64,000 bases of DNA, taken from positions 558,001 to 622,000 of the forward strand of contig BQFW01000001.1 in assembly GCA_020891255.1 (NCBI GenBank), in the 5' to 3' direction. The DNA comes from Entomortierella parvispora E1425 (Eukaryota; Fungi; Mortierellomycota). Under the pieces are notes generated by a model. It ran no database searches and had not been told where the DNA came from. It worked only from the letters and a program-made list of their open reading frames with translations. Position numbers and translations under genes: made by a program. Every line of letters starts with the position of its first letter. Position 1 is the stretch's first letter. Shown in pieces: positions 24,485 through 35,268 of the stretch.

Positions 24485-27400
24485 GCTGTGTCTGATGTTG
24501 TTCTGTGCAATAGGAGTATCGAGGGTGGAGTGGAGACAAGAAGTGAGTTTTATTATATTGCAAGTTTCTAGCTTTTGTAGGTACACATCGCGTGATGTCA
24601 CCGTATTCCTGTTACACCTTCCCCTTTTAAAAAATGATACCGTGCTGCTCTTTGAAGGTTGTGACCAAGTCCATGCAGTTGTCCAAGTTGCTTACTGGGA
24701 GCCATTCGTCAGCTTCTCTGCCGTAGCCTTTGAATGACACTAGGAACTGGTGTTGTCTGCGGTAGAAGCGGTACTTTAAAATTTCGTCCACTTCATACTC
24801 CTCTTCGCCGTCAATTACAGTGGGATCCACGGGGGCAGGAGCTCGAATGCCGAGTGACTCCGGGGACGGCAAATAGGGTCGAAAGGTATCAACGTGGAAG
24901 ACGTCATGGATTTTGTAGAATGGTGGCAGCTCGACGCGGAAGGTGACAGGTGAGTGTTGCTCCAAAAGTGTGAACGGGCCAAGGAATTGAGGTCGAAGTT
25001 TATCGGCTGGTCTGATACTGTCGGCAGGGATGGTGATATTGGTGGCACGCAGCAGGACCTTATCGCCAACCTTGTACTTGTGATCCCGTCGTCGCTTGTT
25101 TGCCTGTTGCTCCTGATGATCCTGAGCACGCTGCAGAGCATCCTGGGCCAGGGCAAGGGTGGTCGCCTGCTCAGTCAGGAAGGTATCGACAGTGGGGACT
25201 GAGCTGCTGGGTTTACCGAGGAGAGCGGTGGGGGAGACGAGGGTGCTGGCCAGAGTTGAGGAAGAACGGCGAGTATCCCGTGGATGCATTGACAGCGTTG
25301 TTATAGGCGAATTCCAGTGACGGAAGGAGCTGGTCCCAGTTAGACTGCTTGTTGTCAATAAACGCTCTCAACATAGTCTTCAGCGTCTTGTTCATAACCT
25401 CTGTCTGCCCATCCGTCTGTGGGTGGTAGGCGGTTGACAGTGCAAGTTTGACATCCATTAGCCTGTGCAACTCTTGCCAGAATCTACTAGTGAATCGAGT
25501 GTCGCGGTCCGAGATGATGGATGTTGGTGTGCCATGCAGCTTAAAGATGTTGTCAAAAAACTGGTGGGCGACGTCGACGGCTGTGGCAGAGGTAGTACTG
25601 GGGACGAAGTGAGCTTGCTTGGTCAGCTTGTCGACAAACACTGTGATGGCGTCAAAATTTCTAGCTGTGGGCGGAAGAGGGCCGATGAAGTCCATGGTGA
25701 CTACCTCCCAACGTTGCGAAGGAATGGGTAGCGGTTGCAAGAGTCCAGCTGGTCGATCCTGTGAGTCCTTGTTCCTTTGACACTTCTCGCAGGTTGCTAC
25801 ATACTGCTGGGTATCCTTGGCGATGTGGGGCCAATATACGAAACGGCGCAGGTTGTCGTAAGTCTTTTGAAAACCAAAGTGTCCAGCAGTGGCAGAGTCG
25901 TGAGCGTCGTGCAAGAGAGTGAGGCGGATCGGGGAGTGCCGAGGGATGGCCAGGGTGGTTGCTCCACGTCGGGTAAAGTAGAGGAGGTTGTTCTGGAATG
26001 AATATCCATTGGCAACCTTCCCATCCAGGCAATCCTTGTAGATGGGTCCAAGTCGAGGATCGTCGTTGTAGTCCTGGACAAGCTGGTCACGGACGTCCGG
26101 GGACAGGGAGACGCTGAGGTTGTATAGCTCAACAGGGTCAGGCTCGCGGTAGTCCGGTCGTCGGGAGAGAGCGTCTGGGACGATGTTGTCAACTCCTCGC
26201 TTGTACTTGAAGTCAAAGTCGTATTCCTGAAGCAACTCCATCCAGCGAGCCTGTCGACGAGTGAGTTTGGGCTGTGTGGGGAAGTGGCGGAGGGTGGCGT
26301 GGTCGGTGTGGACGCTGAACTTGGTTCCATCGAGGTAGTAGCGCCAAGTGCGGAGCGCATGGATGACAGCCAACAGTTCCTGCTCATGGACAGGGTAGTT
26401 CCGCTCAGCTGACTGCATTTTTCCTGGAAGTGAATGCGATGGGATGGGTATTCCCTTCCCGGTCAGTCTGCAGCAGCACTGCACCGATGGCGAAACCGGA
26501 TGCATCTGTTTCGACAAAGGTGAGAGATCAGGGTCGAAGATGCGGAGGACGGGGGCGGAGCAGATGGCGCGTTTGAGCTGAAGGAATGCAGATTGTTGTT
26601 CGTCGGTCCATTTGAAGGGAGTGTTGTTGGCGAGGAGGGAAGAGAGAGGGAGGGCAATCCCTGCAAAGCCCGATACGTACTGTTGATAAAATTGCGCAAG
26701 CCCCAAAAATTGCTGGACGTCCTTTGTGCTCTTGGGGGTGGGCCAGTCACTGATGGCTTTGCTGAGCCCGGCCGATGTTTTGATCCCGTCCTTCGTGATG
26801 GTGTGGCCCAAAAATTCAGTTTCGTCTTGCATGAAGGAGCACTTGCTCAATTTCGCGTACAGACCGTTCTTGCGGAGGAGAGCCAGGACGCTTCGGAGAT
26901 GCTGCAGGTGTTCTTTCTTTGTCTTGGAGTAGATCAACAGATCGTCGAGATACACGACAACCCATTTGTCCAAGACTGGATCGAGCACTCGCAACATCAT
27001 ATTGGAGAACGAAGCAGGAGCGTTAGTAAGGCCAAAGGGAACAACATTGAACTCAAAGTGACCATAGCGACAACGGAAGGCAGTCTTGTGTGTGTGTGGT
27101 TCAAAGATACGCTGCTGATGATAACCGGATAACAAGTCCAACTTGGAGTAATAGCGTGCTCCACGGAAGCGGTCAAGTAGCTCGTCGATACGGGGCAGCG
27201 GGTGTCTGTTCTTCCTGGTGATCTTGTTGAGGCCACGGTAGTCGACGCACATTCGGAGTGTGCCGTCCTTCTTCCGCACAAAGAGCACGGGGGCGCCATA
27301 GGGAGAGGTACTGGGTTTGATAAAACCTGCTGCTAGCAATTGGTCCAGTTGTTTGCGAAGTTCGTCAAGCTCGGCGATTGAAAGTCTAATGACAGGGCGG

Positions 27401-30400
27401 AAGGGTGGGTCGGCTGTCGGGTCGGTCTCGATCTTCATAGCATCACCACGGTCTGGGGGCAGGCCGTCCGGGAGTTTCTCCGGAAAGACATCAGCGAACT
27501 CTTCCATGACAATGGACCGCACCTCTGGGGGTCATATCGGGAATTGTACGCGGTTGGTCAGTTTCTTCAGAGGGCTCTGGGGTGTTGCGAATAAGGGCCA
27601 GGAACACCTCCGAGCCGGGCAGGGTTGCCATGGAATGAAAGTGCATGTGTGTGAGGAGGAGTCCTTTGGTGCGGCTTTGGATGTGATCGGCCTTGAAGCC
27701 GCGGCAGCTCCATTTGACATCGATTCCATTGTGAGTGAATGAAGATCGTTGGTGCGCCAATTGATGCAAGGGTTAACTTTGGTGAGCCAGGGTTTGCCAA
27801 GGATGAGGTCGTATTTGTTGAGAGGATAGAGAATAGGGTTGAGCGAATCGGAGTAGTCGCTGCGGTTGAGGGTGATGGGGACGGTGTGTGATGTGAGGGA
27901 GGAAGAGCCATTGGGGAGGAGGATGGGGATGGGCAAGCATTCAGTGCGGAGGAGCTGGTGTCGCTTTTGAAAAGACGAACTGATAATATTACCTTCTGCA
28001 CCACCATCAATCAGGATTCTGGCAGCGTGGCCATTGACAGAACCGATGAAAGTGAGCAGTTGGCTCTCTGCCTTTTGGACAGTGAATTCGTGTAGGCGAA
28101 TCGCACGACGCTTCAACTTCTTCAACTGACTTTTTGGACAGAGGTACACTAGGTGCCGGCGGTACAGCGAGAGGGTCCGGTTCATCTGTATCGGAGGATC
28201 TAGGTAGAGGAGCGGACAGGGCAACTGGAGCGGGCGAGGCAACAGGTTTTTTGGTTTGGTTTTGGTTTCGGTCCGATAGAACAACCAGAGCATCGTGGAT
28301 GTGAGTTCGCTTGTCATGATTGGAGTCATGTTTCTGAGGTGTAGAATCAAGTGAAGTTTTATTTGAGGTACTTAGCTCAGGGTTGTTGGCTACAGTTTCG
28401 ACAACTGGGGTCCGGACCGACCCTAGTTGCCGGAGGCTTTTCCCGAATCAGGGGATTCACCCGCGGTTACTTGATTAATTCCTCGGCTGCCGTTGCCGTA
28501 CTTAGGGCAATTGGGACTGATGTGACCCAATTCGCGGCAGCGGAAGCAGCCACCGTTACGTACAAGGTACTCTCGGTCGGCGGCGGTCAGGGGTGCGGGG
28601 CGATCTCGAGAAGGGTTGTTAGTACCGTTGGTGGGGCGGTTCTGTAAGGAGCGGTGAAGGGTGCCGAGTTGCTTGTGGATATTGTTGAGTTGGATATGAA
28701 TATTGTCCACTTCCATTGCGTTGGGGTCGGTGATACCAGCAGAGGATCCCGAGGCAGCCAGTGCTTTGGCACCGAGTGATGGGTCTTCAGTGTGGAAGAT
28801 ACGACCGAACTCCTCCGCGGCCTTAAAGAGTCTGGGCAGATCTATGGTGTCGTTGCCTGCATTAACAATGGCCACTTCCAGCATCTGGCGAAGCTGAGTA
28901 GGTGCACCACTGAGAAAGGCAGTACGGATAGTATCGTTGAGAACTGCGTTGTCGGCGTAGTAAGACTGGAGGAGTAGGTGGTATTCACGGGCTTTGGTAA
29001 TATAGGCCATGACGTTGGAGATGTTCAGTGGCAGTGTCATTTTCATTTGCATTGTGAGGGCGAGAATGTGCTCCTTAAACTTCGCAGGGCTGAACTCGGC
29101 GGCAAGGAGCTCGCTGAAATCCGGGAATGAGGTGTCGGATGGCTTGTTTAAGAGTGCCCACCAGCCGATAACCTCATCGCCGGCAAAGGCAAGGGTAACC
29201 CCGACCTTGCGAGATTCGGCAATTCCAGCGCCATCGAAGAAAAAGGTCATGCGTTTCAGAAAACCGAGAACAGAGAATCCGTCGCGCTTGCCGTTGAACG
29301 GTGTTGGATGAGGGAATTTGAATGACGGTGTCGCGGAGTCCATGTTGGGTGAATTGTCGAGGGAGAGTTGATCGAAGAGGGATACGAGGGGGTCCAGGGT
29401 GTGAGTGTGTCGGAGGGTCAGTGGGTCAGTGAGGTCAGTGGATCGAAAACCTTTGCTACCATGCAATAGGAGTATCGAGGGTGGAGTGGAGACAAGAAGT
29501 GAGTTTTATTATATTGCAAGTTTCTAGCTTTTGTAGGTACACATCGCGTGATGTCACCGTATTCCTGTTACATTCTGCCATTTCTAGAATCCACACACTC
29601 CTTTGCCCGAGGAACTGGACTCTCAAATCTTCAATTCTTTCTCGGATGCCATAAATGCCGTTCGACAGTGGTCCCTTTCGTGTGGATTTGATATTCGAAT
29701 CGCCTCAAGCAAAAAGCTATCACGCGAGTGGATGAGTACGTTTCCTTGCAATGCTGGCGTGTGCGAGGCAAGGCCGAACGACTAACGCAGTCCCTTTTTT
29801 ACAGAGGTTCTAGAATGTACAAAAGGGAGGAGGCATAGTCCTAAGAAGACCTCTGTACCTGAGTTGGAAAGAAATAAGACCTCGATTCGCTGCGACTGCA
29901 AATGGTACATTCAACTCCGTGCAGCAAGCAAGGACGGGAAGGACTGTACCGTTTATCGGAAGAACGACACTGCGGCTCACAACCACAAGATGATAGCTCA
30001 CGCCGAGATATTTAGTCCCTCGAGACAGAGGTTAACAACACCCATGAGGGAATGTGCTCAAGAACTTTCAGCAGCAGGGGCGAGCATGCCTGTTATCAGG
30101 GAAGTTCTCAAGAGGCGAAACCCCGAGCGGTACTTCTCTGGGAGAAGAGTGTCGAACGCAATGGCAAGACGAACTACCGGCTCTCACGGCGCGAACAACG
30201 CCCAGCGTCTGGTAGCAATGTTGACGGGTTTCCGCAAGAAGGATGAGCGATGGTATGCTAAAGTTCAGACGGACAACAATTCGGTCATCAGACGCGTCTT
30301 TTGGATGGATCCACTCCAAAGGGATCTCTATTCACGATACCATGATGTAGTGATGAACGACACAACATACAACACCAACCGCTTCAAAATGCACCTCAAC

Positions 30401-32060
30401 GTCACCACGATTGTCGATGCTGAGGGTGCAACCAGAGTTGTGGCATGCGCCCTTCTTAGCAAGGAGACAAGATCAGATTTTTTATTTGTTCTTTACCATT
30501 TATTCAAGGCGAACGGCAATCGGCATCCGCATGTGGTCGTTAGCGACGATGACAAGGCATTTGAGTCGGCGCTCATTAAGTTGTCCCCCAATACTCACAT
30601 GGTAAACTGTCTGTGGCACTTTTTCGAAGAATCTTTCGAACATCTCCTGCCAGGTCGGAAAGGAAGAGTACGAAAAGTTCAAAAACGGATTCTGGATTGC
30701 TCAGCGAACTATAACTCGGCGAAATTTTGAAGAAGAGTGGCAGAGAACTCTGGACTTTGCATTCCCTGATTTGGTCCCCGGGAGTCCACTTGACAAGAGG
30801 CTACAGTATATCTACAGTCGAAGCCCTTATTGGGCTAAGCCATGGGTGGGGACACTCCTCACGCTTGGGATACAGGCTTCACAGCGAGTTGAGAAAGCAC
30901 ACCATCTGATCAAACTCAAGGCGAACGGCAACACAGGCTTGGATGAACTCTTCCAAGTCATTCAAAAGAAGATCGCGGATGAGAGCATCCAAAATAGGTA
31001 CCTCGCTTTCCTCGACGACTCCAAAGACGGTGTCAAGGAGAGGTATAAGGGATATGATACCTTTCAAGCCGTCATATCGGAAAACGAGCGATTCCTAGGA
31101 CGATTCGGTCAAAACAAGATGAAAGAGGAAATCTCCTCTTCTTTTTCTTATGAAGCAGAACTCCATGAGCACGATGAAGTAAGTAGAGTAAATGCTGGGG
31201 AACGGTCGCCTGTCAACTATAATCCATCTAACCTTTTTTTTTTTTTTTTGTAATGGCTGACCAAGTTGCGACGATATTTTAGGGACCCAGAGGACGAGGG
31301 GCAGATACGTCTATCTACTCGACAAGAAGTTCGCCTGTCGACATTGGGGGCCTTGCTAAGTGAACTGAGCGACTCGGAGATTGAGAGTATCCACCTTGTT
31401 TCTCATCTCGAAGAAAACGACGCATCGTGGGTTCTTCTCTTCAGGGATGGAGGATATCTGTGCACATGTCTCAAGTTGCAGAATGTGGGGATTGTGTGCA
31501 AACACTTTTTCTACATGATGCGGAGAGATCATGCCTTTAGATACCATATCCAACTGGTGCCCATGCGGTGGTTCCAAGAGCGCTGGCAAGACACCGAGAA
31601 CCTCAATCTTTCGTCTCGGCCCTTCTTGTCTGTTTCTCCGGTTACAAGAGGACCCGACCTTGCCTTCCTAGGTCCCCGACATCCTTCTCTGTCCGAAAAG
31701 CGCGTTCGGACTCCATGCTTGACGTATATGGAATCTGCTTCGAAGCTATTCCCCGAGTACGGTGCTATCCCCGCTGTAGAACGAAGAGAGCAGGCTCGGC
31801 GAAGCCGTTTTGCTGAGTTGCAGGGCAATTCAAAGGAGTTGGTGCGAATGGGAGCAGACCATCCAAAGCTGGCAGCTATTTACGCTAAAGCGATGAAAAA
31901 AGCCGAGGCACAGATGAAAAAAGTAATTGAAGAAATGACGGGCCTGCAGATCGTAAAAGACCCGATAGTTTTACCGCCCAAGGGGAAGGTCCCAACAAAA
32001 AGGATCAAGTCCAGCCAAGAATTATCCATGGCTTCCAAGAAGTCCAAAGGCAACTTCTAG
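22622..32060 (+). CDS. Spliced fusion gene: Ulp1-like (C48) protease, acidic linker, FAR1 DNA-binding domain, MULE DDE transposase, SWIM finger
   Basis: Exons 22622-23103, 23185-23808, 23881-24441, 29588-29735, 29805-about 31170, about 31266-32060 join in phase; motifs WLSGQVID, HW, SCG; RCDCKW; MNDTTY, VSDDDKA, CLWH, QRVE; CTC..CKH; single-base frameshifts near 23667 and 30620. Confidence 0.75.
24627..28444 (-). CDS. pol: pol: aspartic protease, RT, RNase H, integrase, chromodomain (several single-base indels)
   Basis: LIDGGA, YLDD, SPYGAPVLFV, HPQTDGQTE, GPF, EYEVDEIL...WLP. Confidence 0.95.
28423..29342 (-). CDS. gag: gag with CCHC zinc knuckle
   Basis: PTPFNGKRD...WW, CFRCRELGHISPNC. 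Confidence 0.9.
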
Positions 32061-32186
32061 ATATCTACATACAACGGCCTGCAGATAGTGTAGAATTAGA
32101 GCAGGAAAGAGGAGAATAAGAGGAGAATAATATCCCAATCTTGAGAGGTGGTAATGGATAATTTTTGTAAAGCCCTGTTTTCCTAA

Positions 32187-32284
32187 TAAAAGAACATAAA
32201 CTTATATTAATAGTGTGGAGTATTACTGTCTTCATTAAAAGAACATAAACTTATATTAATAGTGTGGAGTATTACTGTCTTCAT
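32187..32284. repeat. Perfect 49-bp tandem duplication
   Basis: taaaagaacataaacttatattaatagtgtggagtattactgtcttcat occurs twice in a row. Confidence 0.9.
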
Positions 32285-32581
32285 GCAGCGGACAATTGTA
32301 GGAGAGATGATCATTGAAGCCATGTCTCCCAAAAAAAAAAAAAAAAAAAAAAAGAAAAAAAAAGTTGTGCTTTTTTGAGCTGCAGGCTTCAGAAAGGATG
32401 GATACCAGGAAAAGAGGGTGAGAGGACTTCAAAGAGCAGAATGGAGATGCCCCTACGACCGGAGTCTTCTTCGTGATATTTACAACTGAAGTAGGATGAA
32501 GGTCATGATCGTAGGGGAGAACGCAGGCTGCTTTGCCAGTTTCGTATTGTGGCGTCAAAGCGCTTGGGAATGCTAGTGTAG

Positions 32582-32706
32582 TTAACTTAAAATCAGCGGC
32601 CGACAGATAGGGACATGGCCGACAAATAAGGGGGAACGGACGACAAATAAGAGCAATTGAGAGCAGGGACGACAAATAAGATCTTGTCGGACGGGCCGAC
32701 AAATAG
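32582..32706 (-). repeat. Right inverted repeat (putative TIR)
   Basis: Five cgacaaata-type motifs; reverse complement of 18376-18491. Confidence 0.85.
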
Positions 32707-34203
32707 ACGCTTCCCAGGGACAGGAGGCGGATGTGGTTTTTGTGGCTCGTAAAGATAGAACGATCTATCAAAAAAACGCACAGACCCAGTTTAGCGAGGC
32801 AGGCTCATTCCTTTCTCACGCTCATCTCAAAGCAGGATCTCGTTTGATTTTTTTCAACCGCTTCTCTCTTTTCCCCAGGCCCTGGCATGCCCCCATTGTC
32901 CTTTTTTCTGTCCATGCACCGTGCGTACATTCTTTTCTTCGTTACCCACGTTATAGCACGTTCCCAAGCTCTTTTGTTCGTTACCCACGCTAGTGCACGT
33001 TCCCAAGCTCTTGTTCTTGTTCATGCGCAGATGCATGCTCATTTTCTCTTTTGCTGCCCACACCTTTGCACATTCCCACAATTATGTTCCATCATGTACT
33101 GTACGTAGGGGGTGCAAAAGCGCAAATGGCACTGGCGGGAGGCGGGGTGTTGATCAGTCTTCCCTGGAGACGATAGATGGTGAGGGTTTCGCTGAGACAT
33201 TGATGCGCCATATTACACCTGGCAATCGGGTGTACTTAAAGAACCCGAGAAAAACGTCGACTTACAATGAAAGAGACAGTAAAGTCTCCCATTTGAGAAC
33301 AAAATCAGACCAGCGCGTCCCAACTGCACATCCACGTGCACTCCCGTCGATACATCCACAAACACCATCGGCACGACCTCGTCGAGTGTTGCAGACTGAG
33401 TACATCAGCGCGAATCCACCTGCAGTAAGAAACAGCAACAATCCCTGCCATGCTGTCAAGTTGTAACCCGGTACTGTTTGAGGAGGCTCTAGCCAAGATC
33501 TCAAGAGAGATTGTAAGCCAATCCAGCACGCTTTTGTTTAAGGAATGGGGTTCAATTTCAATTGCTGACACGTATCAATGCTTTCTTTAGATTCTCAGGC
33601 TTGCAAGTATAACATGGACAACGGCCAGTCAATCGCTGAGGACGGTGAGTCTCATGGTTGCACAAGAAATCATGGCACATCCCATTCAACAAACTTTCTG
33701 TAAAAAATATAAGAGAATACAATACCTCTGGGGGGATTCTAGCGATAATTTTTTTTCTCCCTTTGCCTTCCTCGCCTCTCGTCATTTCTCGTCATTTCTC
33801 GTCATTAACTATTACCCAAGCGACGCTCGATCACATGCCTGCTTTTTGTTTATCAATTCATGCGTTGTGCATATCCTTCTGCCTTGGGCCGTTCCCTTTG
33901 CGCATTCCTCATCTGTCACGATGTTCCTCGCAGCGCGTACAGGCTACCTCCTGGACACGCGTGAGAATTTTTTTTTTTTTGTTATAATTTATAAGGTATT
34001 TAATAGATGCATAATTTTTTTTCTTTTTTTTTAAGGCAGCATCCGCTACTCTTACCATCCTTTTCCATAAGTAAGTTCATTCTCTTCCCAGTCATCCATT
34101 CTCTCCCTAACGAAAATTCGCAGATCATAGCCACATAAAAGAGTGCATCACCCTGATCAAACATTGCCTATTTTACACATCATTCGACCCACAAGAAACC
34201 GAC

Positions 34204-35268
34204 ATGAAAACCGAAGAGTTCCAATTCAAGCTCGATGCAAGAACCATGCCAGCCGATCCAGTGGAGCTGCGTGGAAAGTCTCGCGACAGTGGGAAAATGA
34301 TCATCCTTGATCGCTCGGCTGCAACAATCGAGCACTCTGAATTCCCAAGTATCTGCGACCACCTTCAGTCTGGCGATCTTTTGGTGCTGAATGATAGCTA
34401 CATGCTGTCGAACACGCTGTCATTCCGGCATGGCGAGGAACTCGTGAAAATCACTCTGTACGGTCATGAGCCTGATGAGTCCAGTATTGTATTTATTGCG
34501 TCAGGGCACAAGATGTCGCTAGGACTTACCTTAACATCATCGGATGACGATCAGCTCACTTGCGTCTTCATCGCTCCATTACCTGATCAGCTCTGGCAGG
34601 TCAAGTTCTCATCGGCTGAGCGACTAATGGAGACACTCGACAAGTTCGGTCTGCGCTGTGATGAGACAATCCATCTCAATCCAACTTATTGGCGAACAGC
34701 ACCTGAAGCTTACCGCTCAGTATACGCCAAGAAGCCTGGTTCCCTCGAGATTCCTTCGGCCGGTCTTCACTTCTCCTCTGAGCTCCTGGCCCGCATCGCT
34801 GACAAGGGGGTCGAGATCGCCAATATCACTCTGCATGTTGGGGCCACTGAGATTCTGGCCGTTCGTCATATCAGTGAGGAAGAGATCGAGAACCACAAGG
34901 TGAGATCCGAGTATTTTGAGGTCAGCGCCGAAAGTGCCGCGCAGATCAGTAAAGCAATGGATGAGAACCGTCGTGTTGTTGCCGTTGGTACGACAGTCAT
35001 GCGAACCCTTGAATCGCTTGCTCTCCATAACTCGCCAAAGGTCACTGTGCAGGCTCAAGCAGGTTGGACCGATCTCTACATTTATCCTGGATTCCAATTC
35101 AAAGTTGTCAATGCTCTCCTTACGAACCTCCACCGGCCCCGATCCAGTCACATTGTTCTCACGGCAGCTTTTGCGGGTAAGGATCTTGTCATGCGCAGCT
35201 ATGCCGAGATCCTTGATAGAGGTGGATACGAATTCGACATGTTTGGGGACAGCATGCTGATTGTGTAG
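34204..35268 (+). CDS. queA: S-adenosylmethionine:tRNA ribosyltransferase-isomerase (QueA) family protein, divergent, intronless
   Basis: Full-length collinearity with bacterial QueA: F.F.L, GDLLVLND, Y.KKPG...P.AGLHF, ITLHVG, RVVAVGTT..R.LES, IYPGFQFKVV.AL.TN.H.P.S, AFAG, Y.F..FGD.MLI. Confidence 0.9.
   Translation: MKTEEFQFKLDARTMPADPVELRGKSRDSGKMIILDRSAATIEHSEFPSICDHLQSGDLLVLNDSYMLSNTLSFRHGEELVKITLYGHEPDESSIVFIASGHKMSLGLTLTSSDDDQLTCVFIAPLPDQLWQVKFSSAERLMETLDKFGLRCDETIHLNPTYWRTAPEAYRSVYAKKPGSLEIPSAGLHFSSELLARIADKGVEIANITLHVGATEILAVRHISEEEIENHKVRSEYFEVSAESAAQISKAMDENRRVVAVGTTVMRTLESLALHNSPKVTVQAQAGWTDLYIYPGFQFKVVNALLTNLHRPRSSHIVLTAAFAGKDLVMRSYAEILDRGGYEFDMFGDSMLIV

Larger units (their letters stand above)
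24506..29572 (-). mobile_element. Full-length Ty3/gypsy chromovirus, 5067 bp
   Basis: Identical 111-bp LTRs (24506-24616, 29462-29572) with TG..CA ends, TTCTG duplication at 24501-24505 and 29573-29577, PBS TGGTAGCA, PPT AAAAGGGGAAGG. Confidence 0.97.
18376..32706. mobile_element. Putative composite Mutator-like DNA transposon, about 9.3 kb without the nested retrotransposon
   Basis: Bounded by ~120-bp inverted repeats and contains a MULE transposase; no target-site duplication found. Confidence 0.6.

Noticed and set aside
34204-35268. Bacterial contamination as the explanation for queA
   Set aside because: It is contiguous with fungal transposons and spliced genes, has no operon neighbours or clear Shine-Dalgarno site, and has host-like composition; read-level confirmation is still needed
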